A stretch of 64,000 bases of DNA, from the NCBI GenBank assembly GCA_919902675.1, contig CAKKRH010000016.1:8789-72788 (forward strand), written 5' to 3'. The position numbers and the translations under genes are program-made. The notes under the pieces were generated by a model. That model ran no database searches. It had not been told where the DNA came from and saw only the letters and a program-made list of their open reading frames with translations. The DNA comes from Omnitrophica bacterium GWA2_41_15 (lineage in GTDB: Bacteria > Omnitrophota > Gorgyraeia > Gygaellales > UBA12090). This document shows, piece after piece, positions 8,358 to 15,687 of the stretch (its first letter is position 1; each line of letters begins with the position of its first letter).

Positions 8358-9290
8358 ATGAGCATAGATTTAAATAAGGTAAAAACCTATTCTATAAAAA
8401 AGAGGTTATCCCGGGTAGATAAGAAAGCTTTTGCCGGCCTTTCAGCTAAAGGCGGAAGCTTTGGGGAGTTTTATGAGTCTCTGCCTGACATTCTTAGGGT
8501 CCGCGACCTGAAGTCGGTGGTTAGCGCTATTATCAGGGCCAGGAAGAAGAAAAGGGCGGTAATTTTTATGATGGGAGCCCATGTGATTAAATGTGGCCTC
8601 AGCCCCCTAGTTGTAGATTTAATCCGCAAGAAAATAATTAGCTCTTTGGTCTTAAACGGCGCCGGGATAATTCATGATTTTGAGATTGCCTATCAGGCCC
8701 GGACCTCGGAAGATGTGGCCAGCGCCTTAAAGTTGGGTAATTTTGGGATGGCCCGGGAAACAGCCGAGTTTGTTAATAACGCGGTCAACCAAGGTGTCCG
8801 GGAAGGATTGGGCCTGGGAGAGGCAGTGGGCAGACAAATAGCCCGGGAAGGATTAAAGTTTAAGGATTACAGCATCTTATACGCTTGTTATAAAGCGAAT
8901 ATTCCGGTGAGCGTGCAGGTGGCCATCGGAACGGACATAATTCATCAGCACCCTTCTTTTGACGGGGCCGCGACCGGTGAAGGCTCGCAAAGAGATTTTT
9001 TAAAATTAGTTGAAGCACTTAGCGGCTTAAGAGACGGCGGAGTAGTCTTGAATTTCGGCTCAAATGTTATTTTACCGGAGGTTTTCTTAAAGGCCTTGAA
9101 CCTGGCCCGGAATTTAGGAAAAAAGATAGATAATTTTACCGCGGCCAATTTTGATATGGTGCATCATTACCGCCCCCAGGTGAATGTGGTATCTCGTCCC
9201 ACCCAGGACTCCGGGCGCGGCTATTACATTATCGGCCATCACGAGATTATGCTTCCTTTGCTTCATAGGGGAATAATTGAATACCTTTAA
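8358..9290 (+). CDS. Deoxyhypusine-synthase-like fold protein (function unknown)
   Basis: 310 aa. By eye it is collinear with deoxyhypusine synthase blocks: VIFMMGAHVIKCGLSPLVVDLIRKKIISSLVLNGAGIIHDFEIA resembles ...SSGIRE..YLV.H.MVDV.VTTAGG.EED, YACYKANIPVSVQVAIGTD resembles YWA.KN.IPVF.PALTDG, and the C-terminal ...MLPLL also matches. Not verified by search. Confidence 0.4.
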   Translation: MSIDLNKVKTYSIKKRLSRVDKKAFAGLSAKGGSFGEFYESLPDILRVRDLKSVVSAIIRARKKKRAVIFMMGAHVIKCGLSPLVVDLIRKKIISSLVLNGAGIIHDFEIAYQARTSEDVASALKLGNFGMARETAEFVNNAVNQGVREGLGLGEAVGRQIAREGLKFKDYSILYACYKANIPVSVQVAIGTDIIHQHPSFDGAATGEGSQRDFLKLVEALSGLRDGGVVLNFGSNVILPEVFLKALNLARNLGKKIDNFTAANFDMVHHYRPQVNVVSRPTQDSGRGYYIIGHHEIMLPLLHRGIIEYL

Positions 9291-9320
9291 GAATAAAATA
9301 GCGAAAAAGAGAGTTACGAC

Positions 9321-10307
9321 ATGAAAACAAAATGGAAGTCAATAATCCATAAATTTTCTAAAGCTAGGGTTTTGGTTATTGGGGATTTAATTTTGGATGA
9401 GTTTATTTGGGGCAAGGTAGACAGAATTTCGCCGGAGGCTCCTGTTCCGGTGGTATTGGTAAACTCCGAGTCGTTTATGCCCGGGGGTGCTTCTAATGTG
9501 GCCAATAATATCGCTTCTTTGGGGGGAAATTCCGGAATCTGCGGGGTAATCGGAGAAGATAAGTCCGGGCGCGTCTTGGTTGAGGAGCTAAAGAAAAAAG
9601 GCGTGGATGTTTCGGGAATAGTAATTGACGGACAGCGGCCGACTACGGTCAAGACCCGCGTTATTGCCCATCATCAGCAGATGGTCAGGGTGGACCGGGA
9701 GAAGATGGGATCTATTGATGACAATATCCTGGAGCAGATTTTGTCTTTTATCCGCCGCAAGATTAATGAAATTGACGCCCTGATTATTGAAGACTACGGT
9801 AAGGGAGTGATTACCCCGCGGCTATTGGCAGAGATAGTGCCGCTGGCCAAAAAACATAAAAAGATAATCACCGTTGATCCTAAGGTAAGCCATTTCCCTT
9901 ATTATCAAGGAGTAACCTGCATTACTCCTAATGAAAAAGAGGCCCAGGGCGGCTCAGGTATTGATATTAAGAATGACGAAGATATTGATAAGGCCGGAAA
10001 GAAACTGCTTAAGGATTTAAACTTGGAAGCGGCGCTGATTACCTTGGGGGAAAACGGGATGCGCTTATTTGAGAAAAGCGGATCGGTTACCCATATTCCC
10101 ACAGTGGCTCAGGAGGTTTTTGATGTCTCAGGTGCCGGAGACACGGTTATTGCCGCTTTTACTCTAGCCTTAGCCAGCGAAGCCACAAAGCGGGAAGCGG
10201 CCTATATTTCCAATTTTGCCGCCGGCATCGTAGTCAGTAAGGTAGGAACCGCCGTGGTAACCAAAGAGGAATTGTTAGAGAGGATAAATCTTAAAGATAA
10301 ATCCTAA
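9321..10307 (+). CDS. hldA: D-glycero-beta-D-manno-heptose-7-phosphate kinase (HldE domain I / RfaE-I, PfkB family)
   Basis: VLVIGDLILDEFIWGKVDRISPEAPVPVV and the PfkB C-terminal motif DVSGAGDTVIAAF. The length (328 aa) fits the kinase domain only. Confidence 0.8.
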   Translation: MKTKWKSIIHKFSKARVLVIGDLILDEFIWGKVDRISPEAPVPVVLVNSESFMPGGASNVANNIASLGGNSGICGVIGEDKSGRVLVEELKKKGVDVSGIVIDGQRPTTVKTRVIAHHQQMVRVDREKMGSIDDNILEQILSFIRRKINEIDALIIEDYGKGVITPRLLAEIVPLAKKHKKIITVDPKVSHFPYYQGVTCITPNEKEAQGGSGIDIKNDEDIDKAGKKLLKDLNLEAALITLGENGMRLFEKSGSVTHIPTVAQEVFDVSGAGDTVIAAFTLALASEATKREAAYISNFAAGIVVSKVGTAVVTKEELLERINLKDKS

Positions 10308-10425
10308 ACCAGAAATCCTAATCCCTAAACAAACCCAAAATCTAAAACATAAAAGTCAAAACTTTTGTTTGGCGCATTTGGATTTTCGTTTTTGAGTTTG
10401 TTTAGAGTTTAGTGTTTAGAGTTTT
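10303..10425 (+). repeat. CTAAACAAA-core long imperfect hairpin element (copy A, after hldA)
   Basis: The left arm is A/C-rich heptamers (taaacca gaaatcc taatccc taaacaa acccaaa…). The right arm is T/G-rich (…gagtttgtttagagtttagtgtttagag). Confidence 0.75.
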
Positions 10426-10452
10426 TCCATAGTAAGTTTGCATGGAGGACAG

Positions 10453-11175
10453 ATGGATGTAATAGGGGTAATTCCGGCACGGTATGGTTCAACCCGTTTT
10501 GAAGGCAAGGTATTAGCCGACATACACGGAAAACCGATGATTCAATGGGTATGGGAAGCGGCAAAAAAAGCCAAGATCTTGGATGAGGTGATTGTTGCTT
10601 GTGATGATAAAAGAATAGAGGAAGCGGTTAAATCCTTCGGGGGCAAGGCAGTTTTTACCTCTAAAGAACATATCTGCGGAACGGATAGAATCTGCGAGGT
10701 GGTAAATCCCTTAGAGGTTAAAGTGATAGTGAATATTCAGGCTGATGAGCCGTTACTGGATCCGGTGATGATTGAGAACGTGGCCCGCCCGCTATTGGAT
10801 AACCCCGCGTTAAATATGGCCACTCTGATGAAAAGAATAGATGGGCCTCAGGAAGCTTCTGACCCTAATGTAGTCAAGGTGCTTACGGATAAAAACGGAT
10901 TAGCCCTTTATTTTTCGCGTTTAGCTATTCCTTATCAACAGGATAAATCTGTCCGCGCGGTCTATTACAAGCACATCGGCCTATATGCCTATACTAAAGA
11001 CTTCCTTTTTATCTTTAAGAATCTTCCTGAATCTTATTTAGAGAAGATGGAAAAGTTGGAACAACTGCGGGTTCTGGAGGCCGGTTTCAAGATAAAAGTG
11101 ATTGAAACCAAAGTTTCGACTATCGGCGTGGATACCCCTGAGGATTTAGAAAAAGCCAAGAAGGTAATTTCTTAA
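10453..11175 (+). CDS. kdsB: 3-deoxy-manno-octulosonate cytidylyltransferase (CMP-Kdo synthetase)
   Basis: VIGVIPARYGSTRFEGKVLADIHGKPMIQWV and IVNIQADEPLL. ATG 10453 follows GGAGG. The ORF track starts it at TTG 10438. Confidence 0.9.
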   Translation: MDVIGVIPARYGSTRFEGKVLADIHGKPMIQWVWEAAKKAKILDEVIVACDDKRIEEAVKSFGGKAVFTSKEHICGTDRICEVVNPLEVKVIVNIQADEPLLDPVMIENVARPLLDNPALNMATLMKRIDGPQEASDPNVVKVLTDKNGLALYFSRLAIPYQQDKSVRAVYYKHIGLYAYTKDFLFIFKNLPESYLEKMEKLEQLRVLEAGFKIKVIETKVSTIGVDTPEDLEKAKKVIS

Positions 11176-11180
11176 AGAAG

Positions 11181-11999
11181 ATGACCAAAGAGATAAAGAT
11201 AAAAGATATAAAGATCGGCGCGGGGAATCCTCTTGTGTTGATTGCCGGGCCTTGCGTGATTGAGAATAAAAAGTTGACTCTTGATACCGCTTGGGCTTTA
11301 AAGGATTTATGTCTGGAAATTGAAATTCCTTTTATCTTTAAGTCCAGCTATGATAAGGCTAACCGCACCTCTTTGGATTCCTACCGCGGCCCGGGCTTAA
11401 AAAAAGGTTTAGAGATACTGAAAGAAGTTAAAGAAAAATTAGGGCTTCCAATCTTAAGCGATGTGCATTGCCGGCAGGATTTAAGAGAAGCGGCTAAGGT
11501 TTTGGATATAATTCAGATTCCGGCATTTTTATCCCGCCAGACCGACCTTTTGACTGAGGTGGCGCGCACGGGAAAGGTGGTTAATATCAAAAAGGGCCAA
11601 TTCCTGGCTCCCTGGGATATGGCTCCTAGCATTAAAAAGATAGAATCAAGCGGTAATAAGAACATCCTGATTACCGAAAGAGGGATTAGTTTTGGCTATA
11701 ATAATCTGGTTTCGGATTTAAGGGCTTTAGCCATAATCCGGGATTTTGGTTATCCGGTGATTTATGATGCTACTCATAGCGTTCAGCTTCCCGGGGGAGG
11801 CGGCAGTTGTTCGGGCGGTGAGCGCCGTTTTGTCCCGGGCCTGTCCCGGGCGGCAGTGGCCTTTGGTTGTGACGGTTTATTCCTGGAGGTGCACCCTGAC
11901 CCTGATAAGGCCCTTTGTGACGGTCCGAATATGGTTTCCTTAAAAGAACTTAAAGCCTTGCTCAAGCAGGTTAAAAATATCGAGAGGGTGTTGAAATGA
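11181..11999 (+). CDS. kdsA: 2-dehydro-3-deoxyphosphooctonate aldolase (Kdo8P synthase), Cys-type (metal-dependent class)
   Basis: PFIFKSSYDKANRTS, IQIPAFLSRQTDL and YDATHSVQLPGG. AGPCVIEN has Cys where non-metallo enzymes have Asn. Confidence 0.9.
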   Translation: MTKEIKIKDIKIGAGNPLVLIAGPCVIENKKLTLDTAWALKDLCLEIEIPFIFKSSYDKANRTSLDSYRGPGLKKGLEILKEVKEKLGLPILSDVHCRQDLREAAKVLDIIQIPAFLSRQTDLLTEVARTGKVVNIKKGQFLAPWDMAPSIKKIESSGNKNILITERGISFGYNNLVSDLRALAIIRDFGYPVIYDATHSVQLPGGGGSCSGGERRFVPGLSRAAVAFGCDGLFLEVHPDPDKALCDGPNMVSLKELKALLKQVKNIERVLK

Positions 12000-12955
12000 T
12001 TCTTAAGCGGGCTAAAGAGGTTTTTAAAATAGAAGCTGAAGCGATAGCCAGCCTCTCTTCCAAGTTAGATGATAATTTCGTCCAGGCGGTAGAGGCGATT
12101 TATAATTGCCGGGGCCGGGTGGTGGTGAGCGGAATGGGTAAAACCGGAATCATCGGCCAGAAGATATCCGCGACCCTCTCTTCCTTGGGGACTCCCAGCA
12201 TTTGGCTGCATTCCGCGGAGGCCACGCACGGAGACTTGGGAAAGGTAACCAAGGATGATGTGGTGATTGTCCTTTCTAATAGCGGTGAAACCGAAGAGAC
12301 TAAAAATTTACTGCCCATACTAAAGAAGATCGGAGCCAGGATTATTGCCATTACCGGAAATAAAAATTCTACCTTAGCCAAATATTCGGATATAGTCCTG
12401 GATGTCTCGGTTAAAAAAGAGGCCTGCACCTTAGGGCTGGCCCCTACCTCATCCACCACCGCCGCCCTGGCCATGGGAGATGCCCTGGCCGTATGTTTGG
12501 TGGAGAAAAAAGGTTTTAAGGAAAAGGATTTTGCCTTATATCATCCCGGGGGGTTATTAGGAAAGAGGCTGCTTCTGAAAGTTGAGGATATTATGCGTAA
12601 AGGAAAAGCCAACCCTATTGTCAAGGAGGAGACCCTGGTCAAGGATGTGCTTTACGCTATTACCGGTTCCCGGGCCGGAGCGGCCTCGGTTGTAGATAAG
12701 TCGGGAAGGCTAAGCGGTATTTTTACCGACGGAGACCTGAGAAGGCATTTAGAGCGCAGCGCGGATTTAGCTTCGCGAAAAGTAAAAGAGGTTATGACTA
12801 AGAATCCTGTTACTATCCACCCGCGGCAATTAGCGGCCGAGGCCTTAAGGATCCTGGAAGAAAAAAAGATTGATGAACTTCCGGTGGTGGATGCGGCGCT
12901 TAAGCCGGTGGGTATGTTGGATATCCAGGATATCTTGCGGGCGGGGCTTGTATAG
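11996..12955 (+). CDS. kdsD: Arabinose-5-phosphate isomerase (SIS domain + tandem CBS)
   Basis: SIS block VVVSGMGKTGIIGQKISATLSSLGTPS and LSNSGETEE, with a C-terminal CBS pair. There is a 4-nt ATGA overlap with kdsA. Confidence 0.85.
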   Translation: MILKRAKEVFKIEAEAIASLSSKLDDNFVQAVEAIYNCRGRVVVSGMGKTGIIGQKISATLSSLGTPSIWLHSAEATHGDLGKVTKDDVVIVLSNSGETEETKNLLPILKKIGARIIAITGNKNSTLAKYSDIVLDVSVKKEACTLGLAPTSSTTAALAMGDALAVCLVEKKGFKEKDFALYHPGGLLGKRLLLKVEDIMRKGKANPIVKEETLVKDVLYAITGSRAGAASVVDKSGRLSGIFTDGDLRRHLERSADLASRKVKEVMTKNPVTIHPRQLAAEALRILEEKKIDELPVVDAALKPVGMLDIQDILRAGLV

Positions 12956-12987
12956 TCCATAGTCGATAGTTGATGGTCCATAGATTA
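12953..12987 (+). repeat. Direct array of 5 heptamers spanning the kdsD stop and the kdsC start region
   Basis: tagtcca tagtcga tagttga tggtcca tagatta. The first TAG is the kdsD stop codon. Confidence 0.8.
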
Positions 12988-13515
12988 AGAATGCGGGCAA
13001 ATATAGCAAATAAAATAAAAAAGGTTAAACTTTTGATTCTGGATGTGGATGGGGTGCTTACTGACGGCAGGATAATTTATGATTCTCAGGGCAGGGATTC
13101 CAAGTTTTTTGATGTTCATGACGGCTTGGGGGTGTATCTTTTAAAAAGGGTGGGGATTAAAACCATCCTGATTACCGCCAAAGGTTCAAAAACAATTAAA
13201 CCCAGAGCCAAAGATATGCGGGTTGAGGAGTTTTACGAAGACATTTTTCCTAAAACAAAAGTTTTGACTAAAATTCTTAAAAAACACCGGATAAAAACTG
13301 GGAATATCTGTTTTATCGGTGATGATTTGGTGGATTTAAGCATAATGAAGGCGGTGGGTTTTCCGGTGGCCGTGGCCAACGCCAGTAAGGACATTAAGGC
13401 CGCCTCAAGTTATATTACCCAAAAAAAAGGCGGCCGGGGCGCGGTCCGGGAGACGGCTGAGTTGATTTTAAAGACTCAAGGAAAATGGCAGGAAGCAATT
13501 AGCATATATCAATAG
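12970..13515 (+). CDS. kdsC: Kdo8P phosphatase (HAD superfamily)
   Basis: HAD motif I LILDVDGVLTDGRIIY and FIGDDLVDL. The true start may be ATG 12991 (MRANIANK), because the first codons lie in a heptamer repeat array. Confidence 0.8.
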   Translation: MMVHRLRMRANIANKIKKVKLLILDVDGVLTDGRIIYDSQGRDSKFFDVHDGLGVYLLKRVGIKTILITAKGSKTIKPRAKDMRVEEFYEDIFPKTKVLTKILKKHRIKTGNICFIGDDLVDLSIMKAVGFPVAVANASKDIKAASSYITQKKGGRGAVRETAELILKTQGKWQEAISIYQ

Positions 13516-13530
13516 AGCCGGCAAGCCAAA

Positions 13531-13669
13531 GCCATAAGCCAGAGGGCGATGGTTTGCGTTCCATATAAGCAAAGCCATAAGCCAGAGGGCGATGGTTTGC
13601 ATTCCATATAAGCAAAGCCATAAGCCAGAGGGCGATGGTTTGCATTCCATATAAGCAAAGCCATAAGCC
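13531..13669 (+). repeat. Tandem repeat, 43-bp unit x3.2, each unit self-complementary
   Basis: Units start at 13531, 13574, 13617 and 13660 (partial). The unit is gccataagccagagggcgatggtttgc(g/a)ttccatataagcaaa. The internal dyad is gcaaagccat…atggtttgc. Confidence 0.9.
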
Positions 13670-13697
13670 TTGACAAGGCTTTGAGAGTTGTTATTAT
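13670..13697 (+). promoter_or_regulatory. Sigma-70-type promoter for the lptC/A-like gene
   Basis: TTGACA (13670-13675), a 16-nt spacer, then TATTAT (13692-13697). It directly abuts the last 43-bp repeat unit. Confidence 0.5.
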
Positions 13698-13722
13698 ATT
13701 ATTTCCGAAAAAACCAAAAACT

Positions 13723-14658
13723 ATGAATAAGACCGTTTTAGCGCTTGTTTTTTTATTTAGTTTGAGTTTTACTCTGGACGCGGCCCAGAAAGGCGCGCCT
13801 AAGAAAAACCAGACGCAATCCGAAAGCTCCGACCAAAGGATAGATGATTTCTCTCTTTCCGGAGGCAACCAGAGGGGAAAGAAGGCCTGGGAGGTTAAGG
13901 GAAAGTCCGCGGATATCTTTACCGATGTGGTCAAGCTTACCAGCGTAAACGCCAATGTTTACGGCGAGGAAGAGGATGTGAACTTGGTCGCGGATAACGG
14001 CGCCTACGATAAGGCCAGCGGCAAGATGCACCTGGAGGATAATGTGGTAATTACTACCACCGGCGGCGGGAAGATGACTACCGACTATTTGGATTGGGAT
14101 AAGGAGTCGCAAAGGGTGAGTACCGAGGCCATGGTGAATATTGAAAAGCAGAATATTAAGGCAACGGCCAAGGGTTTGGAGGGTGAGCCTAATTTAAAAA
14201 GGATTTCTTTAAAAGATAATGTTAAGGTTGAAATCAGGGAGCAGGCCGAGGCGCTCATCGCGCCGCTCCCGCCTCTCGCTCCTCAGGCGGCTTCGGCGGG
14301 TGAATCCAAAATTCCCGATCCTCTTTTTTCCGCCAAGGAACCGACGATTATTACCTGCTCCGGGCCCTTAGAAATAGATTATGAAAAAGAAATAGCGATT
14401 TTCCATAATAATGTTATGGTGGACCAAAAAGACCAAGGGATTATGTATGCCGACAGGATGGACGCCTATTTTGATTTTAAGAACAAAAAGATTTTACGGA
14501 TAATTTCTAAAGGCAACGTCAAAATTGTCAAGGATGAAAATACCTCTTACAGTGATGAGGCGCTGTATTCCGCCCAAGACGGTAAATTAACCTTAAGCGG
14601 AAATCCGCGCTTAGTTATTAATTCCAAGGATAAAATACTCAACGCGCCGTCAGAGTAG
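13723..14658 (+). CDS. LptC-like plus LptA/OstA-like two-domain LPS transport protein with N-terminal signal/anchor
   Basis: MNKTVLALVFLFSLSFTLDAA is a signal or anchor. Two OstA-type beta-jellyroll-like halves (…GKMHLEDNVVITTTGGGKMTTDYLDWD… and …AIFHNNVMVDQKDQGIMYADRMDAYFD…GNVKIV…LSGNPRLV) are joined by a Pro/Ala linker (APLPPLAPQAASA). Its position between kdsC and lptB matches the E. coli lptC-lptA slot. Confidence 0.55.
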   Translation: MNKTVLALVFLFSLSFTLDAAQKGAPKKNQTQSESSDQRIDDFSLSGGNQRGKKAWEVKGKSADIFTDVVKLTSVNANVYGEEEDVNLVADNGAYDKASGKMHLEDNVVITTTGGGKMTTDYLDWDKESQRVSTEAMVNIEKQNIKATAKGLEGEPNLKRISLKDNVKVEIREQAEALIAPLPPLAPQAASAGESKIPDPLFSAKEPTIITCSGPLEIDYEKEIAIFHNNVMVDQKDQGIMYADRMDAYFDFKNKKILRIISKGNVKIVKDENTSYSDEALYSAQDGKLTLSGNPRLVINSKDKILNAPSE

Positions 14659-14855
14659 TTTTTATAGGTTAAGGGCGCGTTGAAGGGGGCGCGGGGGAGA
14701 TCGTCCCCCACGCTTAGGGGGGCGCTGCTTAGCGAACGTAGTGAGCGCGATGAGGGGGGCTTGCCCCACATAGCGCCTGCCTGCTAAAGCAGGCAGGGAA
14801 GCGCGGAGTTAACTTTCGCTTTTCCCAAATAAGAATTAAGTTAACGGAGCACTTG

Positions 14856-15578
14856 ATGCATCTTTTGGAAACTAAAGGTTTAGAAAAATCTTACGGGGGC
14901 AGGAAGGTTGTCTGCGGGGTGGACATCCTGGTCAAAAGGGGCGAGGTGGTCGGGCTCCTGGGGCCCAACGGCGCGGGTAAGACCACTACCTTTTATATGG
15001 TAGTGGGCATAGTCAAGCCGGATAAGGGCAATGTGGTTTTTGACAATGAAGAGATAACCGCTCTTCCTATTCATGAACGCAGCCGTTTAGGCATAGGTTA
15101 CCTGGCCCAGGAAAGGTCGGTTTTCAGGAAGCTCACCGTAGCGGAGAATATTATGGCCATACTGGAAACCCTGCCTTTAAGCCCGGGCCAGCGCAAGAGG
15201 CGGCTGGAGGAATTATTAGCCGAACTAAACATAGCTCATTTGGCCAAGTCTAAGGCCTATACCTTATCCGGAGGGGAGACTCGGCGCCTGGAGATTACCC
15301 GGGCCCTGGTTACCCGGCCGTCGTTTATCCTTCTGGATGAACCTTTTTCCGGAATTGATCCTATAGTTGTTTCCGAGGCCCAGGCTATAATCCGGGAGCT
15401 TAAGGTTAAAGGTTTAGGGGTATTGGTTACTGACCATAATGTCCGGGAGACCCTGTCTATTACCGATCGGGCTTATTTAATCTCTGACGGAAAGATTTTG
15501 ATTTCCGGCACAGCCGATGACCTGATTAACAATCCCCAGGTCCGTTCTATTTATCTGGGTGAGAAATTTAGGATGTGA
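14856..15578 (+). CDS. lptB: LPS export ABC transporter ATP-binding protein
   Basis: Walker A GPNGAGKTTTF, signature LSGGETRRLEI, Walker B FILLDEPFSGIDP. ATG 14856 lies 7 nt after GGAG. Confidence 0.85.
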   Translation: MHLLETKGLEKSYGGRKVVCGVDILVKRGEVVGLLGPNGAGKTTTFYMVVGIVKPDKGNVVFDNEEITALPIHERSRLGIGYLAQERSVFRKLTVAENIMAILETLPLSPGQRKRRLEELLAELNIAHLAKSKAYTLSGGETRRLEITRALVTRPSFILLDEPFSGIDPIVVSEAQAIIRELKVKGLGVLVTDHNVRETLSITDRAYLISDGKILISGTADDLINNPQVRSIYLGEKFRM

Positions 15579-15582
15579 GTTG

Positions 15583-15674
15583 CCTCGGCGAAACGCCGAG
15601 GTGTTTACTGAAAAAGATTCCGCGGCACATTGCCGCGGAATCAATCTAAACTTTCATTAATGAAAGTTTAGATT
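15583..15674 (+). other. Three consecutive perfect hairpins/palindromes between lptB and tig
   Basis: cctcggcg-aaa-cgccgagg (15583-15601); gattccgcggca-cat-tgccgcggaatc (15616-15642); a perfect 32-nt palindrome aatctaaactttcattaatgaaagtttagatt (15643-15674). Confidence 0.8.
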
Positions 15675-15687
15675 GAAAGGAAAATAA

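Noticed and set aside
13531-13669. 43-bp direct repeats considered as a CRISPR array
   Set aside because: The units are contiguous with no spacers, there are only ~3 copies, and no cas genes lie in the window. It is a plain tandem repeat.
13509-13955. 148-aa minus-strand ORF (and the 60-aa ORF at 13468..13650) covering the 43-bp tandem repeat
   Set aside because: Its translation is just the repeat read three times (…ALLIWNANHRPLAYGF…). It overlaps the kdsC end, the promoter and the lptC/A-like gene on the opposite strand. It is a repeat artefact, not a gene.
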